Source of the DNA: Neisseriaceae bacterium
GTDB lineage: Bacteria; Pseudomonadota; Gammaproteobacteria; Burkholderiales; Chromobacteriaceae
Reading direction: 5' to 3'
Length of the DNA: 64,000 nucleotides
Assembly (NCBI GenBank): GCA_027484385.1
Contig: JAIXTB010000133.1
Span: 714-64,713, forward strand
Of the stretch, positions 31,925 to 40,882 are shown one piece after another. How positions within the stretch are numbered: the first letter of the stretch is position 1; each line of letters opens with the position of its first letter. The translations under genes were made by a program, and so were the position numbers. Under the pieces are notes generated by a model. It was not told the DNA's origin. It was given only the letters and a program-made list of their open reading frames with translations, and made no database searches.

Positions 31925-32956
31925 ATGTTGTACTTCTCACACGCCAGTGGACTCGTCATCAGTCTAGCTGGCGTTTTTTTTTGGCACGCCGCCGGTGGCC
32001 CGCTGCCCTGGCTGCTGGGGCCGCTACTGGCCATGCTGTGCGGCCGCCTGCTGGGCCTGCCGCTGGCCAGCATCCGCCATAGCCGCGAGCTGGGCCAGGC
32101 CATTGTCGGCCTGGCGCTGGGCCTGACCTTCAGCCACACCGCACTACTGCGCACCGTCGCACTGGCACCGTGGATAGCCATAGCCGTGGTGTTTGCCTTC
32201 TTGCTGGCGTGGCTGGCCATGCAGCTGCTACGGCGGCTATGCCCCGGGCTGGACCCGCTAACCGCCTGGCTGGTATCGCTGCCTGGCGGCGCGTCGGAAA
32301 TGACCGCCATCGGCAGCCGGCGCGGGGCAAAAAGCGAATGGATCGTGCTGGGCCAAAGCCTGCGCGTGCTGATTGTGGTGCTGCTGTACCCCGGTGCTTT
32401 TGCCCTGTTCGGGCACAGCGCTGCACCGTTTGCCACCACGCTTGCACCACTGGGCAGCAGTGCCTTGCCGTGGCTGCTGCCTGCGCTGGCACTGGGTGCA
32501 CTACTGCAATGGCGGCGCATACCCAACCCGTGGTTTATCGGCCCGCTCACCATCAGCCTGCTGCTGGCCAGCAGCGGTACGCTGAGCGGCAGCCTGCCGG
32601 CTGGCTGGGTAGAGCTGGCACAGCTACTGATCGGCATTGCATTGGGCGTGCGCTTCGACCGGCAGCAGATGTTGGCCGCACCGCGCTTTCTTGTCGCCTT
32701 TCTGGCTAGCCTGGCGCTCTTGCTGCTGCTGGCGGTAGCCGGCGCCTGCCTGTTGTCTATGGTGGCGGGTTTGCCGCCAGCACTGGCCGTGCTGGCCATG
32801 GCACCGGGTGGCATTACCGAAATGTGCCTGACCGCGCGCGCCATGGGGCTGGACGTGCCCACCATCATCGCTTTCCAGCTATGCCGGCTGGTGATGGTGC
32901 TGCTGCTGGCCGAGCCATTGTCGCGCTGGCTGGTAGCGCAGCCCGCAAAATGCTGA
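31925..32956 (+). CDS. AbrB-family membrane protein
   Basis: PLPWLLGP, PGGASEM / APGGITEM duplicated motifs; start uncertain. Confidence 0.8.
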   Translation: MLYFSHASGLVISLAGVFFWHAAGGPLPWLLGPLLAMLCGRLLGLPLASIRHSRELGQAIVGLALGLTFSHTALLRTVALAPWIAIAVVFAFLLAWLAMQLLRRLCPGLDPLTAWLVSLPGGASEMTAIGSRRGAKSEWIVLGQSLRVLIVVLLYPGAFALFGHSAAPFATTLAPLGSSALPWLLPALALGALLQWRRIPNPWFIGPLTISLLLASSGTLSGSLPAGWVELAQLLIGIALGVRFDRQQMLAAPRFLVAFLASLALLLLLAVAGACLLSMVAGLPPALAVLAMAPGGITEMCLTARAMGLDVPTIIAFQLCRLVMVLLLAEPLSRWLVAQPAKC

Positions 32957-33009
32957 AGCTGGCATGGCATTTGCAAACAGAACCGGGCGACCCTATTACG
33001 GACACCACC

Positions 33010-33249
33010 ATGCGTACCCTGTTTACCAAACCTGCCGCCCCTGTCACCAGCGACGCCGTTATCTTCAACTACCAGCAGCCCGCCCGCGCGCGCCTGGTGG
33101 CACTGGGCACCGGCAAAAAGCTGTGGCTGGTAGAAACCTTCGACCCCTTGCACAAGGTGTGGGTGTGGCAACAGGAAACCAGCGATATGGAACAGGCCGT
33201 GGACGACGCACGGCGGCTCAGCCTGTTTCCTGGCGTACGCGTGGCCTGA
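33010..33249 (+). CDS. Small hypothetical protein (79 aa)
   Basis: ATG at 33010 with typical codon usage; no recognised family. Confidence 0.6.
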   Translation: MRTLFTKPAAPVTSDAVIFNYQQPARARLVALGTGKKLWLVETFDPLHKVWVWQQETSDMEQAVDDARRLSLFPGVRVA

Positions 33250-33345
33250 TTGGTATCAAGCTGGTTTGGTGTGTGTCAGCGCCATGGCCACAAGTTGGCC
33301 GCATCCGCGTGATGCCAGCCACAGGGTACACGCCACGGCTGGCGC

Positions 33346-33810
33346 TCAGCACTTATCAACAGGCTGTGGATAAAAACCGGGGTGGCTATCGGGTATCAGC
33401 ATGGCGGGCAGCTGGCTCAGGTAAAAGTCTATCGGCCCTGCACTACCGATCATGGCGTAAGCGTAACCACGCTGGTGTAGCGCATGCAGGCTGGCCAGCA
33501 GCAAAATACGGCCAAATCCTTGACCTTGATGGCTTTTCTTTACCCCTGTCGGCCCGAAAAATCCCCGCGCTGTCACGTCATAGCAGGCAAAACCCAGTAG
33601 CTCGCCACCCCGCTGCAATACCCAGGCGGTAGGCGGCATACTGCGAAATGCCGTATCGAATTCATCGGCCCAGCCATCAGAAAACTCACGGCTTATCCAC
33701 ATGCGCATGGCGCTACGCTCGTGTGGCAGAGGGTGGCGCAATACGACGCCGTCGGGTACGGCAGGGCAGGGTGGCAGCTCATAAAGCTTGACCAGAATAT
33801 CGGCAGGCAT
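33346..33810 (-). CDS. GNAT-family N-acetyltransferase
   Basis: GFACYD...FFGPTGV..SHQGQGFGR.LL acetyl-CoA motif. Confidence 0.85.
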   Translation of the reverse strand: MPADILVKLYELPPCPAVPDGVVLRHPLPHERSAMRMWISREFSDGWADEFDTAFRSMPPTAWVLQRGGELLGFACYDVTARGFFGPTGVKKSHQGQGFGRILLLASLHALHQRGYAYAMIGSAGPIDFYLSQLPAMLIPDSHPGFYPQPVDKC

Positions 33811-33850
33811 GGCGGCTCGCTGTGGCTAGGGCAAACCTTATTAATACCAC

Positions 33851-35470
33851 TTAGCCCCCACGAACGGTACCCTGCTGCCAGCGCAGCTGGGCGGCAAAGG
33901 CCTCTGCAAACGCGTCAATGGGCAGAGGGCGGGCAAACAGGTAACCCTGGCCGTACTCTACCCCCATGCTGGCCAGCTGCTCGGCTTGCAGCTCGTTTTC
34001 TATGCCCTCGGCCACCAGGCTGGAGCCGATGGCGCGGGCAATGCTGACGATTTCCGGTATCAGGCTGGAACGCAGCGACAGGTCTTCCATTTCGAACACA
34101 AAAGAGCGGTCTATCTTCAGTACGTCCGGCGCCATGCGCTTGACGCGGCCCAGGTTGGAGTAACCGGTACCAAAGTCGTCTACCGAGACCTGGTAGCCCG
34201 CCTGGCGCAGGGCGGCGATCTCGTGCACTACGGTGTCGTCGTAGCTTTGTTCGACGATTTCCAGCCCCAGCTGCAGGTCGGGCCGGTGCAGCATGGCCTG
34301 TAGCGGGGAAATCAGCGCGTCCAGGCGGCGGAACTGGATATTGTCGGGAAACAGGTTCACCGCCACCTTGAAACCATCGGTAGGCGGCAGCGCCTGGGCC
34401 AGCTCGCGCAGGCTTTGCTGCAGCACAAAGCTATCCAGCACCCAGCCCAGGCCCTGCTTTTCGATTTCCGGCAGCGCCAGCTGCGGGGAGATCTGCTCGT
34501 TGCCATCGCGGATACGCATCAGCACCTCGCAGCCCACCCAGCGCCGCGTGCCCAGCGCGACAATCGGCTGGTAGTAACATTGCACGCAGCCTTCTTCCAG
34601 CAGGTTGCGGATACGGGCGCCAATACGCTTTTGCCTGGCCAGGATGGGGGTGACAAAACCGGTAACCAGCAAGCCGATCAGCGAGGCCGCCACCGCTACC
34701 AGCAGCAGGATCAGGCCCTGGCGCTGCAGGATCTCCGGCAGGGTCAGGTAGGACTGCACTACCCACGGCGTGCCCGGAATGTAGTCGGTACGCACCAGGG
34801 CGTGCACTGTCCAGTCAAAGCCTTTCAGTGGCCGTTTCAGCGCGGTCTGTTCGTCAAAGTAGCGCGACCAGTACGGGGTGAGCCTGCCGCTGACAAAGAC
34901 ACGGCCCGGTAGCGCATCGGCCAGCTGCAGCCCCAGGACGTCCACATCGCGCAACAAGGCCGACAAGCTGTCCTGGTTCACCACCACGTTGAAACGGCCC
35001 TGCTGCATGACCATGGCGCGGTAGCGCCACTGCCCCAGCAGAATGGGCGCATTGAACCAGATGGACTGATCTACCCCGTTGCGGATTTCGCGCAGGGCAG
35101 GGGTAAGCGGTAGTAGCGGGGACGCCAGCAGGCCTTCGCTGCTGGTACACACCAGCCGGTTTTGCTGGTCGAAAATGCCGACATCGCGGATATGGCGGCT
35201 GGCAAAGATCCGGGTGCGCAGCCGCACCAGGGTAGCGTCGTCACATACCGGCATCACCAGGCGGTTGAGGCCGGCCAGCATGTCTTCCTGCTCGCGGGTG
35301 ATGCCGCTGATCTGGGTGGCCAGCCGCTGGTGGGTGGCGTACAGCTTGCGGCTTTCTACCACCACAAACAGCAGCATGGCCAGCAACAGGCACAGCAAGG
35401 CTGCCAGCACGCCGCTGGCGATACCGTAGCTGGTGGCAAACACACCTATATGCTTTCTGACACGGTTCAT
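33851..35470 (-). CDS. CSS-motif/EAL c-di-GMP phosphodiesterase
   Basis: Two TM segments, periplasmic Cys pair (PVCD...LVCTSS), EVL variant, DDFGTGYSNL. Confidence 0.85.
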   Translation of the reverse strand: MNRVRKHIGVFATSYGIASGVLAALLCLLLAMLLFVVVESRKLYATHQRLATQISGITREQEDMLAGLNRLVMPVCDDATLVRLRTRIFASRHIRDVGIFDQQNRLVCTSSEGLLASPLLPLTPALREIRNGVDQSIWFNAPILLGQWRYRAMVMQQGRFNVVVNQDSLSALLRDVDVLGLQLADALPGRVFVSGRLTPYWSRYFDEQTALKRPLKGFDWTVHALVRTDYIPGTPWVVQSYLTLPEILQRQGLILLLVAVAASLIGLLVTGFVTPILARQKRIGARIRNLLEEGCVQCYYQPIVALGTRRWVGCEVLMRIRDGNEQISPQLALPEIEKQGLGWVLDSFVLQQSLRELAQALPPTDGFKVAVNLFPDNIQFRRLDALISPLQAMLHRPDLQLGLEIVEQSYDDTVVHEIAALRQAGYQVSVDDFGTGYSNLGRVKRMAPDVLKIDRSFVFEMEDLSLRSSLIPEIVSIARAIGSSLVAEGIENELQAEQLASMGVEYGQGYLFARPLPIDAFAEAFAAQLRWQQGTVRGG

Positions 35471-35601
35471 CGGCTGGCCACGCCTGTATTTCTGGAATGA
35501 CTTATTAATGTCTCATTTTTTCATTAATTCTTTCTTTCAGCTTACAAACAGCACAACAGCATTGATGTCGGCTGATACGCCCCACCGCGTGGGCCAGGCA
35601 T

Positions 35602-35626
35602 AAAAAAACGGGCCTTGCGGCCCGTT
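35602..35626 (-). terminator. Intrinsic terminator after the oxidoreductase gene
   Basis: AACGGGCC-gcaa-GGCCCGTTTTTTT on the minus strand. Confidence 0.75.
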
Positions 35627-35648
35627 AAACACCCTCAAACAATGCCCG

Positions 35649-38600
35649 TTACGCCGCCGCGCCTTTGTGGGCAGGCGGTGTGTCGAACGCTTTGCGCAGC
35701 TCGGCCAGTCTGGCTTGTGCGGCCTGGTGGCCGGCTTCCTTCACATGGCCAAAGCCGCGAATCCCCTCGTACACTTTCACCATCTCGGTAGCGGTGCCCA
35801 GGTTGGCCGCAGACAGCGCGCCCAGCAGCTGGACTACCAGCGTCTCGAACTCGACTATCATGGCGCGCTCCAGCCGGCGGTCGGCCTGCCAGCCAAACGG
35901 GTCCAGCGCGCTGCCACGCAGGCCCTTGAAGCGGGCAATCACGCCCAGCGCCTTCAGCGCCCACGCACCCAGGTTCACCTTTTTCGGCTGGTGGCCGGTC
36001 ATCCAGCTGGCGCCAAAATGGAAGGTGAGCTTGAGGTCACCGTCGAACTGCTCGTGCAGCGCGCGCTGGAACTCGCCATCGCTATACAAGCGCGCCACTT
36101 CGTACTCGTCCTTGTAAGCCAGCACGTGGTAGTAGGCGCGGGCTACTGCCAGCGTCAGCGCGCTGCTGCCCGGTTTTACGCGCTCTTCGGCGGCTTTTAC
36201 CTGCTCTACCAGCGCCTTGTAGCGGGCGGCCAACTTGTCGTCCTGGTAGGCCACCAGCTCTTTGCTACGGTGGTGCAGCACCCCTTCTACCGTGTCACGC
36301 GGTACAAACTGCACCACGGCCGACGGGCTGACCAGGGTCTCGATGCGCGCCGGGTCGTGTGCGGCGTGGCGGCCCCAGACAAAAGCCTGCTGGTTGAACT
36401 TCACCGCAGCGCCGTTCAGCTCTACTGCTTTCATGATGGCTTCCAGCGATACCGGCACCAGGCCCTTTTGCCAGGCGTAGCCCAGCATGAACATGTTGGC
36501 CGCAATAGCATCGCCCATAAGCGCGGTGGCAATGCGCGTAGCGTTGACCTCGGCAAAGCGGCTGCTGCCTACCGACTCGATAATGGCTTCCTTCATGGCC
36601 TTGGCCGGGAAGCGCACGTCCGGGTTTTTCAGGAAGGCACTGGTCGGCGATTCGTAGTTGTTCACCACCACGTGGCTGAAGCCTTCGCGCATCTTGGCCA
36701 GTGCTTCCTCGGCGGCGGTGACCACCAGGTCGCAGCCCAGCACCAGGTTGGCATCGCCAGCGGCAATGCGCACCGCGTGCAGTTTTTCCTGGCTATCGGC
36801 AATGCGCACGTGAGACCACACCGAGCCGCCTTTTTGCGCCAGGCCGGCCATGTCCAGTACGGTCACGCCCTTGTTATCCAGGTGCGCGGCCATGGCCAGC
36901 ACCTGGCCGATGGTGACCACGCCGGTGCCGCCCACGCCAGTGACCATGATGCCGAACGGCTCGTGCAGGCCGGGCAGCTGCGGCTGCGGCAGGGCGCCCA
37001 TGCTGTCCAGGCTGGCAGCGGCACCGCCCGGTTTTTTCACGCTGGCGCCGGCCACCGAGACAAAGCTGGGGCAGAAGCCTTCCACACAGGAAAAGTCCTT
37101 GTTGCAGCTGCTCTGGTCGATCTTGCGCTTGCGGCCCAGCGGGGTTTCCACCGGCAGCACCGACAGGCAGCCGGATTTCTTGCCGCAATCGCCACAGCCC
37201 TCGCACACGCGCTCGTTGATGAAGGCGCGGCGGTCCGGGTCGGGGAATTCCTTGCGTTTGCGGCGGCGGCGTTTTTCGGCGGCACAGGTCTGGTCGTGAA
37301 TCAGGATGGTGACGCCAGGCAGCTCGCGCAGCTCTTTTTGCAGGCGGTCCAGCTCGCGGCGGTGGAACACTTCCACCCCCGGTGCCAGGCCTTCTTTCAG
37401 GCCGTGCGCGGTACGGTATTTGTCCGGGTCGTCGCTGGTAATCACGATGCGGCCAACCCCTTCGGCGTGCACCTGGCGGGTAATCATCGGCACGTCCAGG
37501 TAGCCGTCCACGTTCTGGCCACCGGTCATCGCGACCGCGTCGTTGTACAGAATCTTGTAGGTGATGTTCACCTTGCCGGCCACGGCGGCGCGGATAGCCA
37601 GCAGACCGGAGTGGAAGTAGGTACCGTCACCTAGGTTGGTGAAGATGTGCTGGGTGCTGGTAAACGGCGCCTGGCCCAGCCAGGTAATGCCTTCGCCGCC
37701 CATCTGGGTAAAGGTCTTGGTGCTGTCGCCTTCGATCCAGTGCGCCATGTAGTGGCAACCGATGCCGGCCACGGCGCGGCTGCCTTCCGGCACCTTGGTG
37801 CTGGTGTTGTGCGGGCAGCCACTGCAGTAGTGCGGAATGCGCGCGATGGCTTCGCGCGGTTTTACCAGCTGGGCTTCCTTGTCGTCGTAGAACTTCAGGC
37901 GATCGTGGATCACCGGGCTGTCGTACAGGTTGGCCAGGCGCTTGGCGATGGCGCGGGCGATCATGGCCGGAGTCAGCTCGCCGGCGGCCGGCAGCAGCCA
38001 GTCGCCGTGCGGCAACGCCCATTCGCCTTTTTCGGCAAACTTGCCCACCACGCGCGGGCGCACGTCGTCGCGCCAGTTGTACAGCTGCTCTTTGAGCTGG
38101 TATTCGATGATCTGGCGTTTTTCCTCGATCACCATGATCTCTTCCAGGCCTTGGGCAAACTCGCGCACGCCTTCCGGCTCCAGCGGCCACACCATGCCCA
38201 CCTTGAAGATGCGCAGGCCGATGTCGGCGGCCAGCTGCTCGTCGATGCCCAGGTCATCCAGCGCCTGCATCACGTCCAGGTAGCTCTTGCCACAGGTGAT
38301 GATGCCCAGCCGCGCCTTGGGTGAATCCAGCGTCACGTGGTTCAGCTTGTTCACACGGGCGTAGGCCAGCGCCGCGTACAGGCGGTGGTGCAGCACACGC
38401 TTTTCCTGCGCCAGCGGGGTGTCCGGCCAGCGGATGGACAGGCCATCGGGCGGCAGCGGAAAGTCTTCGGGGATCAGCGTTTGCACGCGCTCGGGGCTGA
38501 TATCCACCACGGCGGCGCTTTCGATGGTGTCGGAGATGGCCTTGATCGACACCCAGCAGCCGGAATAGCGGCTCATGGCCCAGGCGTGCAGGCCGTAGTC

Positions 38601-39140
38601 GATGACCTCTTGCACGCCGGATGGGCTGAGCACCGGAATCATGCTGGCGGCCAGGATGTGGTCGGACTGGTGGGGGAAGGTGGACGACTTGGCGGCGTGG
38701 TCGTCGCCGCAAATCAGCAGCACGCCGCCGAACTTGCTGGTGCCGGCTACGTTGCCGTGCTTGATCACATCACCGGAGCGGTCGACACCCGGGCCCTTGC
38801 CGTACCACATGGAGTACACACCATCGTACTTGGCCCCCTCGAACAGGTTGACCTGCTGCGTGCCCCACACGGCGGTGGCGGCCAGGTCTTCGTTCAGGCC
38901 GGGGTGGAATACCACATTGTTGGCCGCCAGGTGTTTGCTGGCTTTTTGCATGACCTGGTCCACATTACCCAGCGGCGAGCCGCGGTAGCCGGTAACGTAG
39001 CCGGCGGTATTCAGCCCGGCAGCGCGGTCGCGCGCCTGTTGCATCATGGGCAGGCGCACCAGCGCCTGGATGCCGTTCAGCAGTACCTGGCCGGTAGGTG
39101 CCGTGTATTTGTCTTCCAGTTCGACGTGGCGAATCGACAT
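35649..39140 (-). CDS. Fused indolepyruvate/2-oxoacid:ferredoxin oxidoreductase (IorAB-type single polypeptide)
   Basis: GYRGSPLG, NEDLAATA.WG, CSGCPHN, GDGTYFHSG TPP motif, CEGCGDC ferredoxin motif, YKDEYEVARL. Confidence 0.93.
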   Translation of the reverse strand: MSIRHVELEDKYTAPTGQVLLNGIQALVRLPMMQQARDRAAGLNTAGYVTGYRGSPLGNVDQVMQKASKHLAANNVVFHPGLNEDLAATAVWGTQQVNLFEGAKYDGVYSMWYGKGPGVDRSGDVIKHGNVAGTSKFGGVLLICGDDHAAKSSTFPHQSDHILAASMIPVLSPSGVQEVIDYGLHAWAMSRYSGCWVSIKAISDTIESAAVVDISPERVQTLIPEDFPLPPDGLSIRWPDTPLAQEKRVLHHRLYAALAYARVNKLNHVTLDSPKARLGIITCGKSYLDVMQALDDLGIDEQLAADIGLRIFKVGMVWPLEPEGVREFAQGLEEIMVIEEKRQIIEYQLKEQLYNWRDDVRPRVVGKFAEKGEWALPHGDWLLPAAGELTPAMIARAIAKRLANLYDSPVIHDRLKFYDDKEAQLVKPREAIARIPHYCSGCPHNTSTKVPEGSRAVAGIGCHYMAHWIEGDSTKTFTQMGGEGITWLGQAPFTSTQHIFTNLGDGTYFHSGLLAIRAAVAGKVNITYKILYNDAVAMTGGQNVDGYLDVPMITRQVHAEGVGRIVITSDDPDKYRTAHGLKEGLAPGVEVFHRRELDRLQKELRELPGVTILIHDQTCAAEKRRRRKRKEFPDPDRRAFINERVCEGCGDCGKKSGCLSVLPVETPLGRKRKIDQSSCNKDFSCVEGFCPSFVSVAGASVKKPGGAAASLDSMGALPQPQLPGLHEPFGIMVTGVGGTGVVTIGQVLAMAAHLDNKGVTVLDMAGLAQKGGSVWSHVRIADSQEKLHAVRIAAGDANLVLGCDLVVTAAEEALAKMREGFSHVVVNNYESPTSAFLKNPDVRFPAKAMKEAIIESVGSSRFAEVNATRIATALMGDAIAANMFMLGYAWQKGLVPVSLEAIMKAVELNGAAVKFNQQAFVWGRHAAHDPARIETLVSPSAVVQFVPRDTVEGVLHHRSKELVAYQDDKLAARYKALVEQVKAAEERVKPGSSALTLAVARAYYHVLAYKDEYEVARLYSDGEFQRALHEQFDGDLKLTFHFGASWMTGHQPKKVNLGAWALKALGVIARFKGLRGSALDPFGWQADRRLERAMIVEFETLVVQLLGALSAANLGTATEMVKVYEGIRGFGHVKEAGHQAAQARLAELRKAFDTPPAHKGAAA

Positions 39141-39299
39141 GGTGTCTCCTCCATCTGTGTGCTTGTCGCAGCGGGTCGGGTGAAGCCTTGTGGGCTATCC
39201 CGTCCTGGTGATGTGGCCCGGCGGCGGTAGGCAGCAGGGCGTTGTCTCTGTCTCTTTATAGTGTGTCGGCAGCTGTGCTACCGCTTTGTGCGAACACTA

Positions 39300-39322
39300 G
39301 TTGACGTAAACGTAAACGTCAA
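39300..39322. promoter_or_regulatory. LiuR-type (MerR-family) operator candidate upstream of the oxidoreductase
   Basis: gTTGACGTaaACGTAAAc, with the outer palindrome TTGACGT-N8-ACGTCAA. Confidence 0.6.
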
Positions 39323-39524
39323 AAGCTTTGTCGTTTTTTTCTGCTTCGCGCGCGGGCGAGTGCGGCAAATGTGCCAGTGCAGCAAAAGCGCCCCTGCGCC
39401 AGACAAAACACTGCGTTCTGTTAGCGTGGTTGAGCGCGCCGTCACCGCACCGCTACAGTGCAGCCTTGAGCCATTGTCGCCACCGGCTACCCGCCGGCCT
39501 GCGGCCCACCTTCGAGACGTATCC

Positions 39525-40433
39525 ATGTCATCTGCACCCAACGAAACCGGCAAAGGCGTGCTGTACGCCACCGGCGCGTTCTTTATCTGGGGCCTGTTCC
39601 CGCTGTACTGGAAACCGCTGCACGCGGTACCGGCGCTGCAAATTTTGTGTCACCGCATTGTGTGGTCGGCGCTGTTCGTGGCGATCTTGCTGCTGGTACA
39701 GCGCAACTGGCGCTGGCTGGGCGACAGCCTGCGCGACGGCGCGCGCCTGCGCGTGTTTGCATTGTCGTCGCTGCTGCTGTCGTTCAACTGGCTGATCTAC
39801 ATCTGGGCGGTCAATGAAAACCGCGTGGTGGAAGCCAGCCTGGGTTACTTCATCAACCCGCTGGTGAACGTGCTGCTGGGGCGCCTGTTTCTGGGCGAAC
39901 GCCTGACGCGCACGCAGGGCATTGCCATCGGCCTGGCCACGCTGGGCGTGGCGTGGCTCACGCTGTCGGTAGGTACGCTGCCGTGGGTGGCGCTGAGCCT
40001 GGCGGCGACCTTTGGCGTGTACGGCCTGCTGCGCAAAAAAGCGCCGCTGCCGTCGCTGGAAGGGCTGGCGCTGGAAACCTTCCTGATGCTGCCGCTGGCG
40101 CTGGCAGCGCTGCTGTGGTTTGCCGTGCGCGGCGATGGCGCCTTTGGCCAGCTGGGCCTGGCCACCGACGCGCTGCTGATGGGTGCCGGCGTGGTCACCG
40201 CCATCCCGCTGTTGCTGTTTGCCAGCGGTGCACGCCGGCTGAAGCTGGCCACGGTAGGGCTGATCCAGTATCTGGGCCCCACCATCCAGCTGCTACTGGG
40301 CGTATGGCTGTACCACGAGCCGTTCGACAGCAGCCGCGCCATCGGCTTTGGCCTGATCTGGGCGGCGCTGGCGCTGTACTCCGGCCACGGCCTGCTGGGC
40401 TACCTGAAAGCACGGCGCGCCGCTGCCGCCTAG
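39525..40433 (+). CDS. rarD: RarD-type EamA transporter
   Basis: WGLFPLYWK, EASLGYFINPLVNVLLG, G..QYLGPT. Confidence 0.9.
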   Translation: MSSAPNETGKGVLYATGAFFIWGLFPLYWKPLHAVPALQILCHRIVWSALFVAILLLVQRNWRWLGDSLRDGARLRVFALSSLLLSFNWLIYIWAVNENRVVEASLGYFINPLVNVLLGRLFLGERLTRTQGIAIGLATLGVAWLTLSVGTLPWVALSLAATFGVYGLLRKKAPLPSLEGLALETFLMLPLALAALLWFAVRGDGAFGQLGLATDALLMGAGVVTAIPLLLFASGARRLKLATVGLIQYLGPTIQLLLGVWLYHEPFDSSRAIGFGLIWAALALYSGHGLLGYLKARRAAAA

Positions 40434-40546
40434 GGCCAGACGTTGGCCGCAACACCGCCAGGGCAAGCCATACGGCTTGCCCTGCTTTTTTATGCCACAG
40501 CGGTGGCAAACAAACGGCACACACCCGCGATCTGGCCGTTTGGCCA

Positions 40547-40575
40547 TTGACGCCGCCACGCCACATCACCACAAT
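40547..40575 (+). promoter_or_regulatory. Sigma70-type promoter for the small-ORF/GNAT operon
   Basis: TTGACG-N17-CACAAT. Confidence 0.5.
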
Positions 40576-40675
40576 GCCGCTGTCCTCCGCCACGCGGATG
40601 GCATTTGCTCTTTACCCATACCGGCCCACACCGTGCTACTTGCACCGGGCCACGCTCTTTCAAGGAAACGCCATC

Positions 40676-40882
40676 ATGGCATCGCTCTTTATCCTGTCGC
40701 GCCATCTCGCGCGCGACGTGCTCGCCGACGAGCTCCCCCCGCAACACCACCATAGCCTGTGGCACACCCTGTGCAGCCAGGCTTCCAGCTTGATGCAGCC
40801 CAGCCACCGCCCCGCGCTACCCGACTCGCACCAGCACGATGTTCAACGCTGGCTACTGGAGAAAGGCCCACACCGATGCTGA
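40676..40882 (+). CDS. Small His-rich hypothetical protein (68 aa)
   Basis: AAGGAAA RBS; stop overlaps the next start (ATGCTGA). Confidence 0.55.
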   Translation: MASLFILSRHLARDVLADELPPQHHHSLWHTLCSQASSLMQPSHRPALPDSHQHDVQRWLLEKGPHRC

